A stretch of 64,000 nucleotides of DNA, from NCBI GenBank assembly GCA_964016885.1, contig OZ024746.1, positions 62,744,001 to 62,808,000 on the forward strand, read 5' to 3'. The first letter of the stretch is position 1; each line of letters opens with the position of its first letter. This document shows positions 14,138 through 27,701 of this stretch, piece by piece. This DNA comes from Eledone cirrhosa (taxonomy: Eukaryota). The translations under genes were made by a program, and so were the position numbers. The notes under the pieces are model-generated. The model saw nothing but the letters and a program-made list of their open reading frames with translations, was not told the origin of the DNA and made no database searches.

Positions 14138-14910
14138 CTCTAGCATAAATCTCATTTCAACCCACGTTACTTTTCCCCCATGCATTACAATAAACATCAC
14201 ATAAGGAACCCTCAAAGTTACTACAAATGTTAGGCATCACAATTTCTGCCTATCATAACAACCACACACACACACGCATAACATTTCCAAAACTACACAG
14301 CAATGGTTAGATAAAAATATCTAATCCCTGATCTGTTGCTGACCATCAATAGTGCGACTCACAGCAGATCACTATTCAGATATAAAGAGGAGTACTACAG
14401 CTGTTATATACAAATATCCTAGACTAGAACACAACACAAATACGCTACAACCTCTGGTTTACAGATTTGTTGTTTCTTCTGGGGTTGCTTTTCTATCATG
14501 ACTACAATAGTCATTGCTACCCTCAACTAACAAGTTGGTATCACTACTTCTCAGGGCTTAATCTTTCTTGATTGTTTTAGGGTGAATCACACCGCCAGTT
14601 AAATATAAACCAAATCCTTCTCCCTCAAAACCACAACACTACCAAAGTTTCCCCCTAAAGACGTCAATTTACAAAGGTTCAAACTGATCATCTATAGCAT
14701 CGATCTCAACAGTCTAGTAGGACCCCCACACATCATGTGGCTTGTCGAACTAAATCGTTTTTGTTTTAATGCCAGCACGGATGTGCGTATAACAATAAAT
14801 ATTTATGTTGGTCCATTTAAATAACGATGTCAACCAGTCAGAACACAGCCTATATTTACTTCAAACACCATTTCGTGATAAGTGTGTGTAGAGCACTTTA
14901 TAACAAGCAG

Positions 14911-14946
<36 letters not shown>

Positions 14947-16881
14947 TTTCTATTTGTTTTGCAAGATTCTTGATGCGAAATTGTTATACTTTATATATGT
15001 GTGTGGGTGCAGCTAAAAAGCATGATGTGACGAAGTAGTGTCGTGTTATTTATATTATATGATGTGGATAATATTATAAATATTCACATGTTCAACAATA
15101 AACAAACTGGGTACCAAATGACACGAATGTGGAAAGTAATGAAAATACAGAAGTTTGGGACTGTCGCGCACTGATTATAATTATTATTATTATTATTTAC
15201 TATAACAGTTATTTTCGAGGATTAGTTTAACAAAAACAATTCAGACATCCAGCTAAACAACAGATGTGTTTTTGTTCCTGGTCTGTGAACTTTTCTTCGA
15301 TTTACAACATTCAATTATTTTTAGCCTAGTCGAACATTTTAACGATTATTAACCATAAGAATCATTAAAAATTTAGTAAACACTAAATTATTTCCGAGAT
15401 GAAATAAAAAGAAAAGAACGATGGTTGCAAATAGTTGATATTAGAATATTAGAATGTTAGCAAACAAGATCCAAAACGTATCCCCCCTTTCACCATATGC
15501 AAACATTACACGTACGATGTTATTTTCTATTAGACAAGGAATGAGGGGATGCTTTCGTCATCGGGCAAGTAATGTTATGTCACTAGAATGTTGTATGTGT
15601 GCCCGACTTAGTACAACAATAAAAGAGAAATAAATAAAACCGAGGGAAGATTTTTTAATTTTTATTTTACTTAAATATAAACAAACGGTTTAGTTATATA
15701 AACAAGGGATAGACAGAGACAGATAAATGAGAAAAGGAAAAATAAAAATGTGTCGTTTATCGGTTATAAGAGCTTTTGTTCTGTCCGAGAGCAGAGAGGG
15801 AGGTATTACTCCTTCTCCCGACTATACCAACTGCCACGTGCATACATATGATCGGCAGAATAGGAAAGGCCAACATTGATGCCGAAATCAGCAGATAAAT
15901 TAACCCCCCACACCATCACTGAACTACATCAGTAAGGCACATCACAACCCCTGCAGCTCACTTTTAGGTACGAGAAATATACATCGAACAATCTCATCAC
16001 AAATCGGAACGTGTTTACTAATAAAAAGTAAATATATAAATAAAAAGATAAATAATACTAACAAGGACGTATACATATATATATATGTACGTATATACAT
16101 ACACAAGTGATTTTATGCGAATTTGTTATTGTACCACACAATCAGGTCATAAACAACAATTCGACAAAATTTTAAACATTTTGTTTCTTTTTTTTTGCGT
16201 TGCTATTTAATTACTGAAGTAGCTATAAAAAATGTTTTGTTTCTATAAATATTTTCTTTTTGTAGTAAAAAAAACAAACAAAAAAAATCGATGAATGTTG
16301 AGGGGATGACAGAAAAAAAAACTGCCTAAAATCAAAGACAGCCTCAGCGTCACCGACATGGCAGTCTCGAAGAGTCGGGAGGACACAGTGACACACAAAA
16401 ATACAGACGGCTTGTTTATAAGGAGGGGGCAAAGCCTGCGAATGGTTGTAAACGTGAGCGATGGGAAGTATAATTATAATAAAGACGACATCGTCCATAT
16501 ATTTGGGATAGAGAGGTTTATTTATCAGCCGTTCTAACTTAAATAAGCGACCGAGTTAAAAGTTCACAGGGTTTCATGTAAAACAATTTAATTAGATATA
16601 CATTCAGTTAAAACAAAAGCCATTTTAAAATGTTTTAGTAGGCGGAAAATAGTAAACGAACGGAAAAACAGTGAGATAACCAGAATCGGCCTATTAATGT
16701 TTTCGCGGGAACTTAGGCTGTAGACATTTAATTTCAAAGTCAGACCGAGCGCACCTTGGACAGTAGTCGACCTCCACAATACTATTACGATAACACCAGA
16801 CCAAAACAGCAGCCGCTATATAATAACAGCCATCAGAAATTTGAATAAATTCTAAAAAAAGAAAGCGTAACTAACATTTGA

Positions 16882-17030
16882 ACTTACCTAGCTTTCCTTA
16901 TTTACAAAAATGAGAATGTTTTTCTTGACCTAGTATTCTCTCGGAATGGTCCGAATCTCCTCCACCTCGCCGTGCCGCACTTAAATTCACCATTCGATTT
17001 CACCGGAAGTTTGCAACGAGACCACGTGAT
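16882..17030 (-). promoter_or_regulatory. Probable promoter and first exon of a minus-strand host gene
   Basis: ETS motif ACCGGAAGT (17002-17010), E-box CACGTG (17023-17028), consensus donor TAG|GTAAGT on minus strand at 16888/16887, locally CpG-rich. Confidence 0.55.
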
Positions 17031-18243
17031 TACGCCCTTTCATTAGATACGAAACACGCACTGCCTTAACTCCCTTCTCTGGAAATGAGCAACAAATCTT
17101 CCCACATCTGATGTATTTTTCTTTTTTCTCTCTCTTCATTTATAATTCAACTTTTCAACTTATTTTTTTTATACAAAAAAAATGTTAAGGGGACATTTGC
17201 GCACAAATATTATTTGACGTCGTTTAAATTATTTTTATTTTTATTTAATTTTTCATGCTAAAGCATGATGCATTAGATTGACATAATGATCAATTACTTT
17301 ACAAAATAATTATTAAAATCAAATATATTTAATGTTATTTAGTAATATCAAGAATTATAAAAAGCATAATTATTTCGCGTATATCATTTTATTGGTGTTG
17401 TTTTAGTTCAATAAACTACTTTATAGTTCAAGTTTAATAAAATTATAAACATCAAAGCAAATTTATTTATATATTTATTGCTGTTTCTCATCATCGATTT
17501 GCTTAACTCTTTTAATCACCTTCAAATACACCACAGCATTTCATTTAAACATTTATGATACTAAACACAAAAATAAAAATAGTACTTACTGAAGACAAAA
17601 GCTTCAACTAAACATACTTTGTAAGTTGAAAATGTACTTTACGTCACTGCATAGCTCAATAGGTAGAGAATCGGTTGTTTATCTATCTATCTATCTTTTC
17701 CGTAGTATAAATGTATCTTCGCACTTATATACACATATGTATTCCTTATTTAACTTGTAAACAAAATCTTGTTTACGAAATACTTTTTTTTTTATTTTAT
17801 GACTTGGTGTTTACAAAGAAAACTGGGTTCTTTAAACCTCATCGTTGTCGAAATCAATACAAAAACACGTGTACATCTTATGTGTTGGGATTTTTTTTAT
17901 ATTTAACTGTAAACTAGGAAGTCTGTAAACAGTCAGTCTACCTGCTAGAAATAGCAGCCAACTTTTCCTCAAATCAGACCTTACTAACTTAAAAAGGAAA
18001 GGATACTTTAGGCAATATAGTCCAAAATACCCTTAAAATAAACGAGATTGCCATGGCTGGAATGACTATTGAAACCTTTACTCATAGATAACTTCAATTT
18101 CCTTTTAATTTAGAATTATATTTATATTTATACACACACACACACCATGTGCTGTCCAGTTTTTTGTTTCATAAATTTGTCCCACGTGATTTTATAAATA
18201 TTTATATATATATATAAACATTTATAAAATATATATATATATA

Positions 18244-18275
<32 letters not shown>

Positions 18276-18372
18276 GAGAAAATAGACCAAATATAGATTT
18301 TGAGCCCTGATTAGATTATTATTTTTTTAATTCTTTCAGTCATTGAGCAAAACTGCTTAAGGTGGAACACCA

Positions 18373-19960
18373 CATCATCATCATCATCATCGTTTACCGT
18401 CCATGTTCCACGCTTGCATGGGTTTGGACGGGAGTTTTCCCACTTGAGGCAAGAGTGGTTGTCTTGCTCGCATAGGACTGTCTGGCAGGTTTTCTACAGC
18501 TGGATGCCCTTCCTAACACCAACCACATTTACAGTGTGGGGCTGGGAGGTTTTTACCGTGTTGCCTACACGGTCACATTACAGCGTGGACTGTGTGTTTT
18601 TTTTGTCGTGACACCTACACGACCTCATCTATTTCGGACTGGATGTTGTGGTACCAACATAACTTTACATCGAAAGGAGTGGTGTGGATGGGGGGGTAGT
18701 GGGACGGGGGTGTATTTTTGTTAAGAGGTGCCTACTGACTGTAGGTTTCGCTTTGTACTTAGGCAAGGCGGGTCTTCTGTATTACTGCGTAGCGCCAAAG
18801 ATCTCGGTCCAGTGACATTGTCTTGGAGAGGTGTAAGTGTGTTAGGTCGGAATTTATCAAGTTGTCCCAGGTTTTTCTGGGTCTGCCTACTCCGTGGCTA
18901 CCGTCTATTTTGATCGCCCTGCACTTTTTTATACAGCTGTCATCTTTCATGCGCATCACGTGACCATACCAACGTAGTCTTCTCTCGAGTAAACAGCATC
19001 TGATCCCTCTTATTCCTAATTTCTCGCTTAGTTCATTTATGCTTTGCCATTCACGTATATTACTATTACACATACAGCGGGGCATGCAAGCTTCATTTCT
19101 CTCCAGTCTGCGTATATCCTCTGCACACAATGCCCAAGTCTCACTGCCATGTAACATTGCTGTTCGTATGCAGGCAGCATACAGCCTGCCTTTCATTTTT
19201 AGAGAGAAACCTTTAGCGGCCAATAGTGGTATAAGCTCTGAACTTTTTCCATCTCGTTCTGACTCTAGCTACTGTACTTTCAGAGCACCCTCCACCACTG
19301 CTGATTTTGTCACCCAGGTAACGGAAGGTGTCCACTATTTCTATAGAACCATCTGTGCAATGGAATGAGCTAGTATTCTGTGGGCACTTGCTGCTACTTA
19401 CTGCACCTGAGCACCGGCCACGTATAAAATCTATATTCTTAGCTTACCTGTGATCCCACTACATCTTTTATGCACCCATACTTTGCATTTGGGACATGAA
19501 ATGGAGTTTCTGCCTACTCCTTTCCTACACACTGAGCATGGCCATTTCCCAGATGGGCCCAGTGCCCTATTTTCCTTCCTACATACTAGAACTTTAGTCT
19601 TAGACAGGTTAATTTTAAGGCCTTTTGATTCTAGGCCATGCTTCCATGTTTGGAATTTTTTCTCTAGTTCAGCCATTGATTCAGCTATGAGCATTAGATC
19701 ATCTGCATATAGGAGTTCCCATGGGCAGCCGGTCTTGAACTCCTCTGTTATAGCCTGGAGGGCAATAATAAATAGCAGGGGGATAAGGACGGAGCCCTGA
19801 TGAACACAAGCCATGTATAAAGAAACAGTCAGCAAGGTTAGAACCTTGCTGACTGTTTCTTTATACATGGCTTGTATAGCTCTCACGAGCCATTCATTAA
19901 CACCTAGTTTTCTGAGAGCCCACCAGATAATGGGGCGTGGGACTCTATCATCGAGCACTT
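18373..19960 (-). mobile_element. RTE-clade LINE, 5'-truncated and degenerate
   Basis: ORFs 19431-19958 (HQGS, LYADD) and 18759-19223 (RRLRWYGHVMR, GRPRKTW); 3' UTR ends in (GAT)n. Confidence 0.92.
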
Positions 19961-20429
19961 TACATCATGTATTAAGTGTGTTTATCATGTAGACCACCAA
20001 TACTAGGGATGCTGTCATATCCTTGACACAACTGAAGGGTTCTCTCAACTCTTTTTAGGCTTGATTTCTACAGCAGGGTTCCCTTCCTGTTGCTAAACAT
20101 CTTACAGAGTGTACCAGGTGCATTTTCATGGCACCAACACCAAAGAAATTGTTGGTCATTGTCCCAACTGAAGAACCCTCTCTGCTCTATGGTGGGTTGG
20201 GTAGGAGTGATAGAAGGATGAAAAGTGTGATGTGACTTGATAGACTGATGAGTGAGGAAGAAGGGGTGACTTTTGATAGTATAAGGGAAGGGGATGTGGT
20301 GGACAATGTGGTCAATAACGCATGGTGGGTGGGGGGTTATTCACCAATGTCAAGAAGTGAAGGTGTAGTAATGGGGAGAATAACTAAGGAGTGATAATGG
20401 AGCAGCCCAGCATAGCACCAGCCCTTGAG

Positions 20430-21125
20430 GTCCTTTGACATCTCTGTTTAGTTTCGTGAGGTTGATCTTCACTACATTATCCAAAGGTTTCCTTGGTCAG
20501 CCTCTTCCATAGGTCTCAGCCACTGGAATTTCTCTGCATTTCTTTATGCATCTGCTATCTTCCATATGAATCACATCTCCATACCAACAGTCTTCTCTCT
20601 TGCACACTACATCCAATTCTACTTATGCCATGTTTTCCCTCAGTTTGTTTATGCTACATTGTTCATACATACTTGCTCCGTTGTTTTAGCCTCTGCACAT
20701 CTTCTGTGGTCAAGGCCCGTGTTTCACAGGCATGTAGCATTGCAGTTTGCACACAGGCATCATATAGTCTACCCTCCACTCTGAGAGAAGCCCTTTGTTG
20801 TCAGCAGAAGTAGCAACTTTCTAAACTTCTTCCAGACTGGTCTTATCCTGGTTATCACACTTTCAGAACATCCACCTCCACTGCTGATTTGGTCACCTAG
20901 GTCACAAAAGCTGTCAACAACTTCTAAGGAGCCTCCCTGTCAACAGGGTATTTATTTTACCTGTGCTCTTAGTTTTTACTTCTGTGCATCTGCTGCAATC
21001 AAAATCCATTTTTTCCATTAACCTGCCTGCAATCCCATTACATATCTTGTGTGTCCATAAATTACAGTGTGTGCACCATATGGAATTTCTGCCCACTCCT
21101 TTCTGACATATTGAACAAGTATTTT
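20430..21125 (-). mobile_element. Older RTE-clade LINE fragment
   Basis: GRNSIWCTHCNLWTHKICNG zinc-finger region and downstream similarity to 29600-30230. Confidence 0.8.
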
Positions 21126-22285
21126 CCTACTTTCACTCCGCAGGCTGTAGTCCTGCTTGCTTGGGCCATTGGTGTAAGTCTAAGTTTGCACCACTCCTTT
21201 CTCTGAAAAACAAATTACAGTAGACTAAAAGTGTTGCTCAAGGAAGACCATCCTCCTCAATCCTACTCTGTTGTTACACTTCTGGCTGGGGTACATATTA
21301 TGTTATATTACACATTATTGTGCATATAAAAGTAAAATAGTGTCTTGTGGTATTTGTTTCTGCTCTCTGCCTTCTGAGTTCAAATCAAACGAAGATCAAC
21401 TGTTCATTTCCAGGGTTGATAATAAAATACCAGTCAAATACTCCTTCTCCCCAGCTCTCTCTGCTATGTTGCACCATGAGAAGACTTATGGAGAATCTTT
21501 CACAGTGTTTCTGTCTCCAGAAATCAAGAAAATTTAAAGAAGCAACAAGCAAGATTTTGTAGAAATATTAAAATGCTCCTGGAATCAATGAAGGATGGCA
21601 TGATGTGCACTACAGCACAGAATACTAATATAAAATATATGTGCTGGTTCCATGATAAAATGCACACAGTACACTCTGTGACGTGGTTGATTTCAGGAAG
21701 GGCAGGCATCCAGCCATAAAAACAAACCAGGATGGAATATACAAGCGAGACACAGTCACCTGACCAGTTTAGTCTCAGTACAAGGCAATCCATCTCACTC
21801 ATGCAAACATGGAAAATAGATTTTAAACAGTGATGATGATGATACATCAACAATACACCAATAAATTACCTTTTCCATTTTCCTTGCAGACAAGAATTGA
21901 ATGTATAGCTTATCATTGCTGACTACACATCCAGTATATGCTGTGAAGTGGTTGAGGTTAGGAAGGGCATACAGTCATAGAAACCACACCAAAATGGAAT
22001 GTGTGAACAATAGGCAGACATCTGACATATCTGGCCTCAGAACATGACCACACATTTAACCCATGCAAGCAGTGAAAATAGACGTAAAACAATGATGATG
22101 ATGATGACTGTATGTAGTATTAATTTTTCTGATGGTATAAAAATTAAGAAGAGCATTTTAACACTGGAAATAGTGTATATAAATGTACATATAGTATATT
22201 TCATAATATACTGTATGTTTATTTTAAAACATTTTGAAGACGATTCGCTATGAGTTTTAAAGTAGTGACTACATCACCTACTTGG

Positions 22286-22374
22286 TCTTGGCAAAAGCAA
22301 AGGGAAGCAATCGAGAGCGGTTTCTCTCTCATTAGCGGTTGTCAAGATTACATATCCCTTCGCTTTTGCCAAGA
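22286..22374. repeat. Short inverted repeat or mini-MITE
   Basis: TCTTGGCAAAAGCAAAGGGA ... TCCCTTCGCTTTTGCCAAGA (20 bp, 1 mismatch). Confidence 0.6.
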
Positions 22375-23330
22375 ATTATAGAAGCTGGATTCTTATAGAA
22401 TTCCAAAAGTTGATGACATTGTTACTATATCTACAGCACCATGTGTAGTTCTTGACAGGGCAATATATAATAATCCATACACAAATAGATCAGTTAGAAG
22501 GAATTGTCCTATTTTTCTCCATATGAGATCTAGAAACCAAGGAAACCAATGGTGTGTCTGTTATTTTAGTTAGCAATTGACATTGATATTTATTGACTGT
22601 CATTACGAAAGCCTCTCAAATTGGAAGCTGTGCTCATATTAAGGTGAATTGCAGAGAGATGTCAGAAGGTCTCAATGTAATTCTTATCACACTGATATAT
22701 TTTCCAGAATGTTTCACCTTCAGTAACAATGTAGCTTTCAATCATACATTTTGTGTAAATGGGTTATTTCAATTCTTGTTACATCGCAAAGTTCATTAAT
22801 CTTATTTAAATTTTGTAACAGCATTACAATGCATTCCTTTTTGAAAATCAAAATATGGATAAGGGCCACACTCCATCAGTTACATCTGTTTCAAAACTCC
22901 ATTAGATAATTGTACAGATTATCTTCATCACAAGAGTCAATGATTTTATAAGAGATTCTTTCTCCATCTTTCTTCTTTTCCTGCCACATCAGGTCTGATG
23001 CTTGACAAATATGTAATGAACAGTTATGACATAAGTGTGTATTTATGAATGTATGTATATGTGTATGTAAGTAAGTATGTATGTATGTAAGTATATATGC
23101 ATGTATGTATTTATGTACATATGTATTTAAGTATGTATGTTCTTCTGGTTTCATTATTTTATAAATTTTTAAATAGAGAAAGAGTTGGTTTCTAACATCA
23201 ACACAAGACTCTTTCATTGGAATTTAAACATCAACTAGGTAAATATGTATGAATGTGTTTGTGTGTGCAGGTATGGATATTATTGTATGTGTGGACCTGT
23301 ATGTTTTGAGTTATATGTGTGCATGTGCAT

Positions 23331-23667
23331 CAGGGGCGAAGGGTGCATGCATGCGTTATAGAATCTTGAGTTGATCAATTGCGTCGGTTGAAGCAAGCAG
23401 AATGTTGGTTGCTTACTAAAACGTATAGACACAAAAAAAGATAACACACACACACACACACACACACACAACACACACACAAACACACAACAGCTTTGGG
23501 GCAAGCAGAATTTTGACTGCTTACTAAATCGTAGACACATAAAAAGATAACACACACACTAGATAACTCTACATGCGGCTTTGAATGGGGGGGGGGGGGT
23601 AAGGCCCCACTTTCCACCATGGCGATTGGACTACATGCCCTGCTTTCCAGGTTACCCTTCACCACTG
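23331..23667. mobile_element. hAT-type MITE
   Basis: TIRs CAGGGGCGAAGGGT / ACCCTTCACCACTG; 8-bp TSD ATGTGCAT at 23323-23330 and 23668-23675. Confidence 0.85.
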
Positions 23668-23714
23668 ATGTGCATATTTATTATATCTGTACATGTGTAT
23701 ATGCAGTTATTATA

Positions 23715-23965
23715 TGCAGAATTTTTGGAATGTTTTACATATTTTTACAGCTCCATTAATGGATTGTATTTGCAACTTCCTAACTAGTTGCATTCTTTCT
23801 CATTCTGGGAAGCCCAGTTTCTCAAGATTAGTACTGAGGCAGTTACTAACATATCCCAGAGCCCCAATAATCACAGGTATAAATCTGAAGGTATAGTTAC
23901 CGCAGAGTATCTTCAGATTCATCATTAGTTATGCATAGATGTTCTCCTTTTTACTAATCTTTAAT
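23715..23965 (-). mobile_element. RLE-type (R4/Dong-like) LINE 3' fragment
   Basis: Manual translation gives YTFRFIPVIIGALG...KICKTFQKF, matching the C-terminus of ORF 55112-55864. Confidence 0.75.
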
Positions 23966-25529
23966 TATATGTATGTATGTTCTTTGGATTTTATAATTTT
24001 ATAAATTTTTACCAATATAGAGAGAATCGGTTTTTAGGAATAAGTACTTTGGCTGTTGTATGTATTGGTAGCAGTGATTATATTCTTAAAGAATATAGAT
24101 TGTAAGGCTGCGTGTTTATGTTTCACGGTTGAGGAAAAGATCAGAAGGCATATATGTCAAAACATAACGATTTATTTTCTTCTTCATATTAATACAAGTA
24201 CAAGGCGAGTGAAGAGCTACAACATATCGCATAATCAAGTTGAACGATAAATGTAATTCTCCACAGGGTTATATAGCGAGATTACCCTGGTGCCGAAACC
24301 CGATGCACAACTGCTAGGTAGTTTTTAAAGATGATGCCTCGCCTGGGATAGCCATTTGTGAGCTGCTGGAGTCGATGAGTCCAAAACACAACATCAACTA
24401 GGTAGATATGTTTGCATGCATGCATGTGTGTGTTCAGATATGGATGTTATTGTATGTGTGGATGGATGTTCTGAGTTATGTGTGCGTGTGCATGTTTTGT
24501 ATCTGTACATGTGTATATGCAGAATAAGTATGTATGTGTGTGTGAATGGGTAGGGAATCTTGTTCGCATGAATGACAAGCCTGCCAAAGGAAATCTTTTA
24601 TGGTGAGTTTGTGCCACCAAAAGCCACAGCATAAGCATAAGAAAAGGTACAAAGATTGTAGGAAAAGGCAAAATGTCTAGGTTTAGATATAAATCAATGG
24701 TGAAAGCTCGCTCTTGATCATAATACATGGAGAAAGGCAGTTAAATCAATGCGTCGATTAATGGATGAAACAAAAAATGCAAAAGCAGAGTTAAAATGGC
24801 ACTGAGACAGCAGTGTGCAAAGCCCTGGTGATGCCTTGGGCAAATTTTGATTGTATGCCTCAAAGACTCAAGTATAAGTATAGTGAGAAATATGAGAAAG
24901 GAAAATATTTTGAATAAATAAACACAGATACCAGCAGGACAACCAATCTTGCCTCAAGTGGGAAAACCCCCGTCCAAACCCATGCAAGCGTGGAAGATGG
25001 ACGTTAAACGATGATGATGAGATGAAACATAAAATAAACACTTTATTCAATTTTGATATAAATCAATCAAATTTAGTAAGTTCTTTTCCCCCAAATGATG
25101 CCCCCCATCCAAAGGGTGCCTGGGGCCAATGCGCCGTGCCCCCACGATCTTCACGCTAATGCACTGAGAAAGGGTGAGTTAGTAGGGTTTGAAAATGTTG
25201 ATTATTGGATTTACAATTTCTTTCTGTCACCATGTTCTTTTAGCTAAAGCCAGTTTTGTAAAGTATATGAATACACATGAACAGACAATGACACAGACAG
25301 ATTATGTTGCAAATCTCCCACCACCACCAGATGTGACTACTTGACAAATTTGTAGCCAGTTATGTAAGACTACCTCCAGGTTAAAACACCATATGAAGGT
25401 TCATCAACATGAAAATCCACATCCTGATCTAATACACCCAGTACATACACTGGCATACAACTGTTACTTGTGCCAAAGACCTTGTAAATCAGTTGCTGGA
25501 TTGATGGTGTTAATTCTATAAATAAAAAT

Positions 25530-26155
25530 CATCATTACCGTTTTACATCCATGCTAGCATGGGTTCGACAGGTCGTCCTGTTGTTGGCAGTGTCTGGCCG
25601 GCTGACCTTGTCTTGCTCATACAGGAACTGATTTTGGTTTGATTTCTACAGCTGGATGCCCCTCCTAACGACCAACCTCATTTACATTGAGTGCTGGGTG
25701 CTTTTTTTACTGTGGTGCCTGCACGACCACTTTACAGTGTGGTCTGGGTGCTTTTTTGTTGTGACACCTCCATGACCACTTTGCAGTGGGAGGGGGTGGG
25801 GGCACATTGTCTATATGCTTCAGCTTTGGCTTGTACCCGTGGGAAGTCAGGTCTTTTGTATTACTGCATGACGCCAGAGGTCACGGTCGTGTGTCATCAT
25901 CTTTGAGAGGTGCAATTGGGCAAGGTCTGCTTTTATCACCTCATCCCAGGTCTTCTTGGGTCTACCCACTCCATTGCTTCCATCAACTTTTAGTGCTCTG
26001 CACCTTTTTATGCAGCTGTCATCCTTCATATGCATCACATGCCCATACCAATGCAACCTCCTCTCCTGCAAACAGCATTTGATTCCTCTTATGCTCAGTC
26101 TCTCTCTCAATTCGTTTATGCTTTGCCGTTTGCGTATATTACTATTACACATCCA
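25530..26155 (-). mobile_element. RTE-clade LINE 3' fragment
   Basis: ORF 25847-26152 (RRLHWYGHV, GRPKKTW) plus 3' UTR. Confidence 0.9.
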
Positions 26156-26309
26156 CTGGAGGTATATTTATGTATAACATTATTGTGCATATTTTTTGAT
26201 AAATAGAGCCCCGTTTGAAAAGCATTTTAACAAATGCTTTCCCAGGCCCCACTCCACCCACCACATAGAGGTGAGGTTGGCTCAGTCCCCATTTCTCCAT
26301 CAGATATTG

Positions 26310-26657
26310 TGATGTAATACAGAAGACCCGACTTCCCACGGGTACAAGCCGAAGCTGAAGCATATAGACAATATGCCACCCCCCACCTCCCACTGTAAAG
26401 TGGTCGAGTAGGTGTCATGGCAATAAAGCACCCAGTCCACACTGTAAAGTGGTCATGTAGGCGCCACGGCAAAAAAGCACCCAGCACTCACTGTAAATGA
26501 GGTTGGTGTTAGGAAGGGCATCCAGCTGTAGAAATCAAACTAAAATCAGTTCCGGTATGAGCAAGACAAAGTCACCCGACCAGGCATTGCCCACAACAGG
26601 ACAACCTGTCTAACCCATACTAGCGTGGAAAACTGGACGTGATGATGAGGATGATGA
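26310..26657 (+). mobile_element. RTE-clade LINE 3' UTR fragment, inverted relative to 25530-25870
   Basis: Reverse-complement similarity to 25530-25870; ends in (GAT)n. Confidence 0.85.
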
Positions 26658-27115
26658 TTTTTATTTATAGAATTAACACCATTGGTAGAGGATAGTATTA
26701 CTCAGTCTATGAAGTTTAAAGGATCAAATAAGCTGACCAAAAGTTGATTTATCATTTCACATTTATTTGCTAAAACCTATAAATGATCAACATCTTCTAG
26801 AAGACAATGATTGTTGCAAGGAATGTGTAAATCATTATTCAAAATGGTTTAACAGTTTTGCATCACCCTGAGGACATTCTGCAGAAGTAAGCATATTAAT
26901 CATGTTTGCAAGCAGGGAAAAGCGGACGTAAAATGATGATGATGATGATGATGAAGTAAAACAATCAAATGATATCCACTTCTATTTACACCTGTTCCAG
27001 GTAGAATGATTGCTATTTTAGAAACAGTGGGAGTATTGTAATTTCTTGTAGATCTTTAACCAATATTCACATTGAAATATTTTGTGTGACAGTTACTTTG
27101 GAAGATAATATCTGT

Positions 27116-27201
<86 letters not shown>

Positions 27202-27701
27202 CATATATATATGAATTTTGGTAAAGTTTATATGCATTTTTTCTTCTAACTTATATTTTAGACCTAGCTCCGTTTAATTGATTATTTGTCTAGTTAATTT
27301 CTATGAGCTAAAAGGAATGACTAGATAAATTTTATCTGACTGTTCCTCGCGGAAAATAGTCTGTTACATTTTAAACTTATAGCCTCGATTAAATGATTAT
27401 TTATATGGTTGATTTCTGCGGACTAGGGTGAAGAAAGACTGGGTATATTTTATCTAATAGTTCTTCAAACTTGCAATTTTATATATATATATATATGTAT
27501 GTATGTATATATATATATACACAGTTCAAGAGTAACCAATCTTAAAGAGAGAGATGGAGATACTCGAGGAGATATGAGAGGAGAGATTGGTGAGTTAGTT
27601 AGAAGCCAAAGCATAAAGGCATGTGCTAAATGTGCAATATGCAGTAGAAAGCCGCTAGGTGGCTGGGTTCATGCAGAAGTTAGGTGCGCAGAGCTGGAAA
27701 T

